From: an uncultured Actinomyces sp.
GTDB taxonomy: Bacteria > Actinomycetota > Actinomycetes > Actinomycetales > Actinomycetaceae
Assembly: GCA_937926195.1 (NCBI GenBank)
Contig: CALEXZ010000030.1
Span: 1,816-65,815 of the forward strand
Direction: 5' to 3'
Length of the DNA: 64,000 bases
A program made the position numbers and the translations under genes. Position 1 is the stretch's first letter, and every line of letters begins with the position of its first letter. The notes under the pieces were generated by a model. The model did no database searches. It saw nothing but the letters and a program-made list of their open reading frames with translations, and had not been told where the DNA came from. Below are positions 23,585-33,163 of this stretch, piece by piece.

Positions 23585-24427
23585 ATGGGTAAGACGATTC
23601 TCGTCACTGGTGCTGGTGGCTACATCGGGCGGCACGTGGTGCGCGCCCTTCTCGACCGTGGCCTCGGCGTGACGGCCCTCGACCTGCGCCTCGACGGCGT
23701 CGACGAGCGTGCCCAGCGGCTCCAGCTCGACCTGTTCTCCGGTGACGCGGACCTCTTCGACCAGATGGGGCGCCCGGACGTCGTGCTCCACATGGCCTGG
23801 CGCGACGGCTTCAAGCACAGCTCGTCGGCCCACATCGACGACCTCGCCAAGCACTACCACCTCATCGAGAACCTGTACGCCGCGGGCCTCAAGCAGCTCG
23901 CCGTCATGGGCACCATGCACGAGGTCGGCTACTGGGAGGGGGCGATCCAGGAGGACACCCCCTGCTCCCCGGCCTCCCTGTACGGCATCGCCAAGAACGC
24001 GCTGCGCGAGACCTCCACCCTCGCCGCCCAGCAGCACGACGCCGTCCTCCAGTGGATCCGCGCCTACTACATCGTCGGCGACGACAAGTTCGGCTCCTCC
24101 ATCTTCTCCAAGCTCCTCGCCGCCGCCGAGGAGGGCAAGAAGACCTTCCCCTTCACCACCGGCAAAAACAAGTACGACTTCATCTCCGTGGACGCCCTGG
24201 CCGCGCAGATCGCCGCGATCGTCGACCAGGACGCCGTCACCGGCGTCATCAACGCCTGCACCGGCGAGCCGATGAGCCTCTCCGAGCGCGTCGAGGCCTA
24301 CATCCGCGACAACGGCCTGGACATCACGCTTGAGTACGGTGCCTTCCCCGACCGCCCCTACGACTCCCCGGGTGTGTGGGGCGACCCCACGAAGGTGCGT
24401 TCCGTCCTCGACGCCGACGCCCGCTGA
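23585..24427 (+). CDS. NAD-dependent sugar reductase/epimerase; probable dTDP-6-deoxy-L-talose-forming reductase (Tll-like)
   Basis: GAGGYIG, HMAW..GF.H, GTMHEVGY, YGIAKN, YYIVGDD, R.YDS...WG. Confidence 0.7.
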   Translation: MGKTILVTGAGGYIGRHVVRALLDRGLGVTALDLRLDGVDERAQRLQLDLFSGDADLFDQMGRPDVVLHMAWRDGFKHSSSAHIDDLAKHYHLIENLYAAGLKQLAVMGTMHEVGYWEGAIQEDTPCSPASLYGIAKNALRETSTLAAQQHDAVLQWIRAYYIVGDDKFGSSIFSKLLAAAEEGKKTFPFTTGKNKYDFISVDALAAQIAAIVDQDAVTGVINACTGEPMSLSERVEAYIRDNGLDITLEYGAFPDRPYDSPGVWGDPTKVRSVLDADAR

Positions 24428-24496
24428 CCGGGTGCCCTCGCGCCCACGCACCGCCATATCTGACGCTCGCCGGACGAGCGCGAAGGGACCTGCTTC

Positions 24497-26383
24497 ATGA
24501 TCCTCGGTGACTCGCCGACGCGACTCGGCATCTTCTTCTTCTTCGACGCCGACGGCGTTGCCGACAGGTACGTCGAGGTGCTGCTCGAGGACCTGCTGCA
24601 CAGCCTCAGCGAGCTCGTCATCGTCGCCAACGGCCACCTGACGGCCAAGAGCCACGCGCGCCTCACCGAGCTCGCCGACAAGGTCATCGTCCGGGAGAAC
24701 ACGGGTCTGGACGTGTGGGCGTACAAGACGGCGATGGACTCCTACGGCTGGGAGCGTCTGGCCGAGTTCGACGAGATCGTCCTGCTCAACTCGACGATCA
24801 TGGGGCCGGTGCACCCCTTCGCCGAGATGTTCGACGACATGGCCGGACGGGACCTCGACTTCTGGGGGCCCACCTGGTTCCACGAGGTCCGCGACAGCAA
24901 CTACGGCTCCAGCACCTACGGCTACATCCCGCGCCACCTCCAGTCCCACTTCCACGTCTACCGCCGCTCCCTCGTCACCAGTGAGGCCTTCCAGTCCTAC
25001 TGGGACGAGATGCCCGAGATCGACGACTACATCAGCTCCGTCGGCTACCACGAGATCGCCTTCACCAAGCGCTTCGAGGACCTCGGCTTCACCAGCGGCG
25101 CCTACATCGACACCGAGGACCTTGAGGGCGTCACCTACCAGCCCATCATCTTCAGCCCCAAGCGGCTCATCGCGGACAAGCGCTGCCCGATCTTCAAGCG
25201 GCGCTCCTTCTTCCACGACTACGAGGACGTCCTCGACCAGACGGTCGGCAACGCCGCCCTCGACCTGTACGAGTACCTGCGCGACGAGACGGACTACGAC
25301 ACCGACCTCATCTGGGAGAACCTCCTGCGCACCGTCGAGCTCGCGGACCTCGTGAGGAACCTCCAGCTCACCTACGTGCTGCCCACCCGGTCCGTCGACG
25401 TCGAGCCCGTCGGCACCATGCGCACCGCCCTGGTCATGCACGTGCACTACATGGAGCTGCTCGACCAGCTCCTCGGCTACGCCGCCTCCATGCCCGCCAG
25501 CGCCGACCTCATCATCACCGTCGGCTCCGAGGACAAGAAGCGCTACGTCGAGCAGGCGACCGCCGACCTCGGCCGCACCGTCATCGTCCAGCTCGTCAAG
25601 AACCGCGGCCGTGACGTCGCGGCCCTGCTCGTCGGTGCCCGCGACCTCGTCCTGGGCTACGAGCTCGTGTGCTTCATCCACGACAAGAAGGTCACCCAGA
25701 TCCGGCCGGGCACGGTCGGGGAGGGCTTCGCCCTCAAGTGCTACGAGAACGTCCTGCCGACCGCGGACTTCGTGGCCAACGTCATCGCGACCTTCGAGCG
25801 CGAGCCCCGGCTCGGCCTGCTCACTCCCGCCCCGCCCAACCACGCGGACTACTTCCCGATCTACTCCTACGCCTGGGGGCCGAACCTGGAGCGCACGCAG
25901 AAGCTCCTCAAGGACGTGGGCGCCCAGGTCCCCGTGTCGGGGGAGAAGGAGGTCGTCGCACCCCTGGGCTCGACCTTCTGGTTCCGCCCGGCGGCCGTGC
26001 GACGGCTCTTCGAGCTCGGCTGGGACTGGGAGGACTTCCCGCCCGAGCCCCTGGGTGAGGACGGCACGATCTCCCACGCCATCGAGCGCTCCTACAGCTA
26101 CGTCGCCCAGGACGCCGGCTACTTCAGCGGCTGGCTCTTCGCCGACCGCTTCGCCCGCATCGAGCTGACAAACCTCAGCTTCTACACCCGCGAGCTCACC
26201 ACCGCCATGGCCAGCCACTGGAAGGCCGACCGTGAGCGCGAGATGGTGAGCACCGCACGCGGCGCCGGGACCGTGCGCCAGGCCATCAAGGCCAAGGTCG
26301 CCCAGGCGCTGCCCGGTGTCATCCGCCCTGCCGCGCGCGTGGCCTGGCGGTCCCTGCGGCGCGTGCGAAGGATGGTCCGATGA
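24497..26383 (+). CDS. Rhamnan synthesis F (RgpF)-family protein, two-domain
   Basis: RENTGLD, HLQSHF, CPIFKRR; second domain HVHY, NRGRD, HDKK, GSTFWFRP, HAIER. Confidence 0.88.
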   Translation: MILGDSPTRLGIFFFFDADGVADRYVEVLLEDLLHSLSELVIVANGHLTAKSHARLTELADKVIVRENTGLDVWAYKTAMDSYGWERLAEFDEIVLLNSTIMGPVHPFAEMFDDMAGRDLDFWGPTWFHEVRDSNYGSSTYGYIPRHLQSHFHVYRRSLVTSEAFQSYWDEMPEIDDYISSVGYHEIAFTKRFEDLGFTSGAYIDTEDLEGVTYQPIIFSPKRLIADKRCPIFKRRSFFHDYEDVLDQTVGNAALDLYEYLRDETDYDTDLIWENLLRTVELADLVRNLQLTYVLPTRSVDVEPVGTMRTALVMHVHYMELLDQLLGYAASMPASADLIITVGSEDKKRYVEQATADLGRTVIVQLVKNRGRDVAALLVGARDLVLGYELVCFIHDKKVTQIRPGTVGEGFALKCYENVLPTADFVANVIATFEREPRLGLLTPAPPNHADYFPIYSYAWGPNLERTQKLLKDVGAQVPVSGEKEVVAPLGSTFWFRPAAVRRLFELGWDWEDFPPEPLGEDGTISHAIERSYSYVAQDAGYFSGWLFADRFARIELTNLSFYTRELTTAMASHWKADREREMVSTARGAGTVRQAIKAKVAQALPGVIRPAARVAWRSLRRVRRMVR

Positions 26384-27522
26384 GCCCGTCCGTCACGGTC
26401 CGCAGCGAGCCGGTGGCACCGACACGTCGACGGCGGCGCATCTTCTACCTCGACCTCGTCCGTGCCCTGGCCACGGCCCTCATCGTCCTCACGCACTTCA
26501 ACAACCCGTTCCTCACCGACGGGCGCTACCTGCTGACGAACCAGCCCTTCGGCATCTACGTCGGTGCCGTGGGCGTGTCCCTCTTCCTCATCGTCTCGGG
26601 CGCCTCGCTCGCCGTGACCTACAAGGGGGACTTCAGCCTGAGGACCTTCTACTGGAAGCGCTTCAAGGGCATCTACCCGATGTTCTGGACCGCCTGGGTC
26701 CTGGGGACCCTGTACTTCTTCGTCGACATGGACGGCAACCCGCTCAACGCGGCACCCGCCCGGTCGATCATCTGGACCGTCCTGGGGATCGACGGCCTCG
26801 TCGCGAACTTCGGGGTGCGCACCGCCTACCTCCTGGGCGAGTGGTTCCTCGGCTTCATCATCCTCTTCTACGTCGTCTTCCCGGTCCTGCTCAGGCTCAT
26901 CGAGCGCTTCCCCAAGGCGACGGCCGCCGGGCTCCTGGCCCTCTACGCGGCGAGCCTGTGGCTCCTGCGTGACGGGCAGGCGGCCTTCCCTCCCTCGGTC
27001 GTGCTCACGGTCCGTCTGCCCGAGCTCGCCTTCGGCATCTACGTCATCCGCTACGTGCGGCGCGTGCCGGCGCTCGTGGCGGTACCGGCCGCCGGGGTCC
27101 TCGTCGTCACCGGGCTGCTGCCGACCCAGATCCCCGAGGACGTGGCCACCACCCTCGTCGGCATCGCCTGCTTCCTCATCCTCGTGGTCCTTGCCCCGTG
27201 GGTGGAGATCGGACCCGCGCGCGAGGCGGTCGCGCTCGTGTCGAAGTACTCCTACCCGGTGTTCCTCGTGCACCACGTCATCATCTACAAGCTGTTCTTC
27301 TACTCCGGCCTGGACTACGGCAGCTACGCCCCGATCCAGCTGGTCACCCTGTTCGGCGTCGTGTGCGTCCTCACCCTCGCGCTCGCCGTCGCTCTTGACT
27401 GGCTGACGTCCCGGGTGGTCGCCCTGACCGCCCGCGCCTTCGAGGGACAGTGGTGGCGTCCTGCGGGACGTGTGAATGAGCTCGACCAGACGACGGAACG
27501 GAGACGCGATGCTGCCCGGTAG
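26380..27522 (+). CDS. Acyltransferase-3 family (putative O-acetyltransferase)
   Basis: YLDLVRALA..LIVLTH, GVSLFL.VSG, KRF..IYP, EWFL, SKYSYPVFLVH. Confidence 0.85.
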   Translation: MSPSVTVRSEPVAPTRRRRRIFYLDLVRALATALIVLTHFNNPFLTDGRYLLTNQPFGIYVGAVGVSLFLIVSGASLAVTYKGDFSLRTFYWKRFKGIYPMFWTAWVLGTLYFFVDMDGNPLNAAPARSIIWTVLGIDGLVANFGVRTAYLLGEWFLGFIILFYVVFPVLLRLIERFPKATAAGLLALYAASLWLLRDGQAAFPPSVVLTVRLPELAFGIYVIRYVRRVPALVAVPAAGVLVVTGLLPTQIPEDVATTLVGIACFLILVVLAPWVEIGPAREAVALVSKYSYPVFLVHHVIIYKLFFYSGLDYGSYAPIQLVTLFGVVCVLTLALAVALDWLTSRVVALTARAFEGQWWRPAGRVNELDQTTERRRDAAR

Positions 27523-28378
27523 GCCCCTCGACGCGGAGGAGAACCCCCGCCGCGTCCTCGACCTCACGCTCAGGCTGACCCAGCGCTCGGTGTCCTCGGA
27601 GTTCAAGGGGACCGCCCTGGGGCGCCTGTGGTCCTTCATCAACCCGCTGGCGACCGTCGCCGTCTTCGCCCTCATCTTCGGCGTCGTCTTCCGCGGCAGC
27701 GTCGAGCCCGGCAGGTACTCCGGCATCGACTCCTTCGCGCTGTGGATCGGGATCGGCGTCATCTGCTGGAACTTCCTGTCGGCGGGCGTCATCAACGGCA
27801 TGAACTCCCTCGTCAGCAACGCGGGGCTGCTCACGAAGGTCTACTTCCCTCGGCAGGTGCTCGTGTACTCGGCCGTGGGGGCACTCGTCGTCGACTTCCT
27901 CTTCGAGCTCGTCGTCCTCACCGGGATCTCGCTGCTCGCCGGCGGGGCGAGGGTGCTGCTCATGCTTCCGGTGCTGCTCGTCGTCACGGCGCTGACCGCC
28001 CTGTTCTCTACCGGGCTGGGGATGGTCCTGGCGATCGCGACCGTCTACTTCCGGGACATCAGCCACCTGTGGCAGATCTTCAACCAGGTGTGGATGTACG
28101 CCTCCGGCGTCGTCTTCTCCCTGGCCATGCTGGACCAGGTCCAGAACCAGCTCTTCGACATGGGCTGGCAGCTCAACGGCAGGCCGATCCCCATCACGAC
28201 GATCTTCCGCCTCAACCCCGCGGAGACCTTCCTTGAGGCCTTCCGTTCGTGCCTGTACGACTTCGCCGTGCCCTCCCCGGGAGTGAGCCTGGCCTGCGTC
28301 GCCTGGGGCGTCGGGATGTTCCTCTTCGGCCGCCTCATCTTCCGGCGCTACTCCGCCCGCATCGTCGAGGAGCTCTGA
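27509..28378 (+). CDS. wzm: Polysaccharide ABC exporter permease
   Basis: FKGTALG.LWSFINPL, LLTKVYFPR, VYFRDI.H, LNP; adjacent to wzt. Confidence 0.9.
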   Translation: MLPGRPLDAEENPRRVLDLTLRLTQRSVSSEFKGTALGRLWSFINPLATVAVFALIFGVVFRGSVEPGRYSGIDSFALWIGIGVICWNFLSAGVINGMNSLVSNAGLLTKVYFPRQVLVYSAVGALVVDFLFELVVLTGISLLAGGARVLLMLPVLLVVTALTALFSTGLGMVLAIATVYFRDISHLWQIFNQVWMYASGVVFSLAMLDQVQNQLFDMGWQLNGRPIPITTIFRLNPAETFLEAFRSCLYDFAVPSPGVSLACVAWGVGMFLFGRLIFRRYSARIVEEL

Positions 28379-28380
28379 CC

Positions 28381-29628
28381 ATGGCACGCGCAGCAGTCAC
28401 CGTATCGGACCTCTCCAAGCGCTTCCGCATCTACAAGAGCCGCCACCAGTCCCTCAAGGGGGCGCTGCTCAACCGTGGGCGCGGGACCTATGAGGACTTC
28501 TGGGCACTGAGGGACATCAGCTTCGAGATCCCCGAAGGCCGGACCTTCGGCCTGCTGGGGCACAACGGCTCCGGCAAGTCGACCCTGCTCAAGTGCATCG
28601 CGAAGATCCTCACCCCCGACTCGGGCACCATCACCTCCAGCGGCCGGATGGCGGCCATGCTCGAGGTCGGCTCCGGCTTCCACCCCGAGCTCTCCGGCCG
28701 GGAGAACATCTACCTCAACGGCGAGATCCTGGGCATGAGACGCCGGGAGATCGACGCGAAGTTCGACGACATCGTCGACTTCTCCGGCGTCGGCGAGTTC
28801 ATCGACCAGCCCGTGAAGAACTACTCCTCGGGCATGTACGTGCGTCTGGGCTTCTCCGTGTCGATCCACGTCGAGCCCGAGATCCTCCTCGTCGACGAGG
28901 TCCTCGCCGTCGGGGACATGCAGTTCCAGAACCGGTGCATGAGCAAGTTCGCCGAGTTCCGTGCCGACGGGCGCACCGTCGTCGTCGTCTCCCACGGGCT
29001 GGAGCAGATGCGCACCTTCTGCGACGAGGCCGCGTGGCTCGACCACGGCCGCCTCCAGGGCGTCGGGCCGGCCGCCGGGCTCATCGACGCCTACGCCGAG
29101 AAGGCCAACGGGGCCACGCTGGTCGACGGCGGAGGCACGCGCTTCGGCTCCGGCGAGGCCCAGATCGACCGCGTCGAGATTCTCAGGGGTGACGGCAGGC
29201 CCAGCGGGCTCTTCCTCACCGGCGACGAGATGCTCATCAGGCTGCACTACCACGCCGAGGAGAGGGTCGAGCGGCCCGTCTTCGGGGTGTCGGTGGACAC
29301 GAGGGACGGTGTCGTCGTGTGGGGCCTGCACGGCCTCGACGCCGGGTTCCAGCCCGAGCACATCGACCCCGGTGAGGGCAGCGTCGACGTGCGCGTCCCG
29401 CGCCTCATGCTGCGGCCGGACACCTACGTGGTGTCGGCGTCGATCCAGCCCTCCCACCTGGGCGGCGTCATCGACGCCCTGCAGAAGTCGGTCGCCTTCG
29501 ATGTCATGCCCGGACCCAACCAGGAGTCCGGAGGCGTCGTGGCGCTCGGAGCCTCCTTCGAGCGGCTCCTGCCCGATCAGCCCATGGTGGAGGTCCCCAG
29601 CCGCGCCGCCTCGCCCCGCAGGCCCTGA
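28381..29628 (+). CDS. wzt: Polysaccharide ABC exporter ATPase with C-terminal Wzt_C-like domain
   Basis: GHNGSGKST, YSSGM, LLVDEVLAVGD, VSH; beta-rich C-terminal extension. Confidence 0.93.
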   Translation: MARAAVTVSDLSKRFRIYKSRHQSLKGALLNRGRGTYEDFWALRDISFEIPEGRTFGLLGHNGSGKSTLLKCIAKILTPDSGTITSSGRMAAMLEVGSGFHPELSGRENIYLNGEILGMRRREIDAKFDDIVDFSGVGEFIDQPVKNYSSGMYVRLGFSVSIHVEPEILLVDEVLAVGDMQFQNRCMSKFAEFRADGRTVVVVSHGLEQMRTFCDEAAWLDHGRLQGVGPAAGLIDAYAEKANGATLVDGGGTRFGSGEAQIDRVEILRGDGRPSGLFLTGDEMLIRLHYHAEERVERPVFGVSVDTRDGVVVWGLHGLDAGFQPEHIDPGEGSVDVRVPRLMLRPDTYVVSASIQPSHLGGVIDALQKSVAFDVMPGPNQESGGVVALGASFERLLPDQPMVEVPSRAASPRRP

Positions 29629-29647
29629 GACCGGTGGGCCCTCGGGC

Positions 29648-30655
29648 TCAGCGGCGCGGACGCCGAGCCCGCCGGCGCACGGCACGGGGCAGGGCCCCAA
29701 GCGCCTGGGCGCCCCCGCGCGCGACAGGACCGCGAGGCCCCGAGCGCAGCGCCCGCGCCGCCGTGCGGGCCAGGGCCGCCAGCGCCACCCGGGCCGGAGC
29801 GTGCTCGACGGCCACCAGCACCCGGTTGCGGGTGTTGACGCGCACGAACATGTCGGATCCCGTCCCCGAGGAGGCGGCGTGCTCGTGGTGGACCACGGCG
29901 CCGCGCACAAAGGCCACCTCGTAGCCGTGCTCGTGCAGGCGCCAGGACAGGTCCGTGTCCTCGTAGTACATGAACAGGTCCTCGCGCAGCCCACCCAGGC
30001 GCCGCCACACCTCGGCGCGCACCGCGCAGGCGCCCCCGCACACCCCGAAGACCTCCGCGGGGGCGTCGAGCTCCTCCAGGGGCACGAGCCAGTCCCGGTC
30101 CTGCCCGTTGCCCGAGGCGTCGACGACGTTACCCGTGGAGTTGACGAGCACCGTGCCCTCACCGGCGGCAGCCGCCTGCTCGTCCACGCGCGCCCAGCGG
30201 GCGCCGTCCGCACGCACGAGGGCCTCCTCCTGGGCCGTGGCGCGCCGCCACCGGCCCGCCAGCAGCATGAGGGCCGTCGTCGCCCCCAGCCGCGGACGTG
30301 AGCCGTCGAGGGGGCCGACCAGGGCGTCGAGGAAACCGGCCTCGGCGACGGCGTCGTTGTTGAGCAGGACGAGGACCTCCTGCGTCATGCCGGCGGCCCC
30401 GGCGTTGACACCCGCCCCGAAGCCCAGGTTCTCGCGCGTCTCGATGACGTCGAGCCCCGCCTCGCGCAGCCGCTCGGCCGACCCGTCGCCGGAGGCGTTG
30501 TCCACGACGACGAGCCGGTCGCCCTCGGCCAGCTGCACCTGCACGGACCGGGCCGCCCGCAGCGTGAGGTCCGCCCGCCGCCAGTTGACGAGGACGACCC
30601 GGGCGCTCGGCCGGCTCTGGCCGCTCGGGTGGCTCGGCCGGCTCTGGCCGCTCAC
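29648..30655 (-). CDS. GT2-family glycosyltransferase (rhamnosyltransferase-like)
   Basis: VLVNW, VVDNASGDGS, NLGFGAG.N, LLNND, FMYYEDTDL. Confidence 0.88.
   Translation of the reverse strand: MSGQSRPSHPSGQSRPSARVVLVNWRRADLTLRAARSVQVQLAEGDRLVVVDNASGDGSAERLREAGLDVIETRENLGFGAGVNAGAAGMTQEVLVLLNNDAVAEAGFLDALVGPLDGSRPRLGATTALMLLAGRWRRATAQEEALVRADGARWARVDEQAAAAGEGTVLVNSTGNVVDASGNGQDRDWLVPLEELDAPAEVFGVCGGACAVRAEVWRRLGGLREDLFMYYEDTDLSWRLHEHGYEVAFVRGAVVHHEHAASSGTGSDMFVRVNTRNRVLVAVEHAPARVALAALARTAARALRSGPRGPVARGGAQALGALPRAVRRRARRPRR
30605..30653. repeat. 22-bp direct repeat (27-bp period) at the GT2 5' end
   Basis: GCTCGGCCGGCTCTGGCCGCTC at 30605 and 30632; encodes SGQSRPS twice. Confidence 0.8.
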
Positions 30656-31794
30656 CGGGCGTCCTCGGCCAGGCTCCGGTAGAGCTCCTCGTGGGCCTGG
30701 GCGCAGGCCTGCCAGGTGAAGGCAGCGGCGCGCTCCAGGCCCGCGGCGCGCAGCTCGTCGTGCGCGGGCCCGACGGCGCGGGCCAGCTGACGGGCGATCT
30801 CCGCCGCCGACGTCGGGCGCGCCAGCAGCCCGGCCTCGCCGCAGACCTCCTCCATGCAGGTCCCCCGGCTGGTGACCACCGGGGTGCCGTAGGCCATGGC
30901 CTCGAGCACGGGCAGCCCGAAGCCCTCCCAGTGCGAGGGGAAGCAGAAGGCCCGGGCGCCCGCGTAGGCGGCGGCGAGGTCGGCCTCGGGCAGGTGGCCG
31001 GTGACGTGCACGCGCTCGCCGAGCTCGTCGAGCACCCGCCGCTCCTCGGCGTCGTCCCCCCAGCCCTGCGGGCCGACAAGGACGAGGTCGAGACCCGGGT
31101 CGTCGTCGGCCAGCAGGCTAAAGGCCTGCAGGAGCGTCGCCAGGTTCTTGCGCGGCTCACGCGTGCCCGTCCACAGGACGTAGTCGCCGTCCAGGCCGTG
31201 CTCGGCCCGGAATGCCGCCACCTGCGCCTCACTGACCGGCAGCGTGCGCACGCCGTGGGGCACGACCTCGATCCGTCGGGCGTCGATCCCGGCGGCCACG
31301 CAGTCGTCGGCCGTCGCCTGGGAGGGGGTGATGACGACGTCGGCCTCGGCGATGGTGCGCTCCAGGCAGCGCAGGAAGAAGGCGTTGCCCCGCCGCGTGA
31401 AGTGGTCGGGCGAGCGTAGGAAGGCGAGGTCGTGGACGGTGACCGCCAGCGGCAGGCGCGTGCCGGGCACGGCCCAGGTGGTGGCGTGAACCACCTCGGC
31501 ACCGGGCAGCACCGACTCGGCGCGCGGGCGCCGCAGCAGGTTCCAGGACTCGTACAGGGCCGGGCGGGGCAGGCGCGTGCTGAGCACCCGCATGGAGGAC
31601 GGCAGCCCCACCTCGGTGGGGGAGGGGCCGGAGGCGTGGGCGGCCGCCAGCCCGACGACGCGGCAGCCGCGCTCGCGCAGCGCCCGGGCGAGCTCGATGA
31701 CGTACGTTCCCGAGCCTCCCGGCACCGGCTGCCACAGCTGCTCGACGACCATGGCGACCCGCGGGCCCTGCGCTGACCTGTCCTCACTCGTCAT
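30652..31794 (-). CDS. GT4-family glycosyltransferase (MtfB-like)
   Basis: TVHDL, GTREPRKN, FPSHWEGFGLPVLEAMAYGTPV. Confidence 0.9.
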   Translation of the reverse strand: MTSEDRSAQGPRVAMVVEQLWQPVPGGSGTYVIELARALRERGCRVVGLAAAHASGPSPTEVGLPSSMRVLSTRLPRPALYESWNLLRRPRAESVLPGAEVVHATTWAVPGTRLPLAVTVHDLAFLRSPDHFTRRGNAFFLRCLERTIAEADVVITPSQATADDCVAAGIDARRIEVVPHGVRTLPVSEAQVAAFRAEHGLDGDYVLWTGTREPRKNLATLLQAFSLLADDDPGLDLVLVGPQGWGDDAEERRVLDELGERVHVTGHLPEADLAAAYAGARAFCFPSHWEGFGLPVLEAMAYGTPVVTSRGTCMEEVCGEAGLLARPTSAAEIARQLARAVGPAHDELRAAGLERAAAFTWQACAQAHEELYRSLAEDAR

Positions 31795-31857
31795 GAGGCG
31801 AGAATACGGGAGCGTCTGCGGCCCCGTGGGGGACCTGGACCCCTGTAGCCTGCGGCC

Positions 31858-32994
31858 ATGAAGGTCCTCCTTGACGCCACGGCGATCCCTGCGAACCTCG
31901 GCGGCGTGGGCCGCTACGTCGACGACCTCGTGCCCGAGCTTCTCGACTGCGGGGTGCGTCTGGCGATGGCCGTGCAGGAGCGCGACGTCGAGCACTTCCG
32001 CACCAAGGTGCCCCGCGCCCGGCTCTTTCCCGTGCCCGCGCGCATGACGAACCGGGGGGCGCGCCTGGCCTGGGAGCAGACGGGCCTGCCGGCCCTCATC
32101 CGCCGCCTGCGCCCGGACGTCCTGCACTCCCCGCACTACACCTACCCGGCGGCGCACCGCGTGCCCGTCGTCGTCACGCTCCACGACGCCACCTTCTTCT
32201 CCCACCCCCAGGCGCACACCCGTCTCAAGCAGGTCTTCTTCACCCGGGCCATCCGGCGCGCCGTGCGCGGCGCGGACGCCCTCGTCGTGCCCTCGGCCGC
32301 CACCAGGGACGAGACCCTGCGCTTCGCGGGCGGCGACGCCTCACGGTTCCACGTCGCCTACCACGGCGTGGACACCTCGGTCTTCCACCCCGTCGACGAC
32401 GCCGAGCGCGAGCGGGTCGCTGCCTCCCTCGGGCTGTCGGGCCGGCGCTACATCGGCTTCCTGGGCACCTTGGAGCCGCGCAAGAACGTGCCCGCCCTCA
32501 TCGAGGGCTGGGTGCAGGCCTTCCACGACGACGACGAGCCCCCCGTCCTCGTGCTGGCCGGGGGCAAGGGCTGGGACGAGGGCATCGAGCCCGCGCTCGC
32601 CGAGGTCCCGGTCCACATGACGGTGCTGCGCCCCGGCTACCTGCCCCTGGAGGACCTGCCCGGCTTCCTGTCGGGCTGCGAGGTCCTGGCCTACCCCTCG
32701 ATCGCCGAGGGCTTCGGCCTGCCGGTGCTGGAGGCGATGGCCTGCGGAGCGGCCGTCCTGACGACCCGTGAGACGAGCCTGCCCGAGGTCGGCGGTGACG
32801 CCGTCGCCTACTGCGGGCTGGACGCGCAGGCGATCTGCCGCGCCCTCGTCGAGCTCGACGCGGACCCCGCGCGCCGCGCGGCCCTCGGTGCCGCGGCGCA
32901 GGAGCGTGCCCTGAGCGAGCAGTTCACGTGGCGGGCCTCGGCGCGCTCGCACCTCAAGGCCTATGAGGCCGCCCTGGCGGCCCACCGGTCCTGA
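31858..32994 (+). CDS. GT4-family glycosyltransferase (MtfB-like)
   Basis: TLHD, GTLEPRKN, YPSIAEGFGLPVLEAMACG; divergent paralog of the neighbour. Confidence 0.9.
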   Translation: MKVLLDATAIPANLGGVGRYVDDLVPELLDCGVRLAMAVQERDVEHFRTKVPRARLFPVPARMTNRGARLAWEQTGLPALIRRLRPDVLHSPHYTYPAAHRVPVVVTLHDATFFSHPQAHTRLKQVFFTRAIRRAVRGADALVVPSAATRDETLRFAGGDASRFHVAYHGVDTSVFHPVDDAERERVAASLGLSGRRYIGFLGTLEPRKNVPALIEGWVQAFHDDDEPPVLVLAGGKGWDEGIEPALAEVPVHMTVLRPGYLPLEDLPGFLSGCEVLAYPSIAEGFGLPVLEAMACGAAVLTTRETSLPEVGGDAVAYCGLDAQAICRALVELDADPARRAALGAAAQERALSEQFTWRASARSHLKAYEAALAAHRS

Positions 32995-33163
32995 GCGCCG
33001 TGAGGCGCTCCACGGCGGGAGCGTGCGGCCGCCTCGGTATGATCCCGTGAGGATCTAGGCGCTCGGCGGGCGGCTGCCGTGCCGGGCTCGGCCTGACCTG
33101 ACCGGCGGTGGCGTGCCGTCCCGACTGGGGCGGACGAGCGGCTAGGTGAGAGGGGACGGGTAC

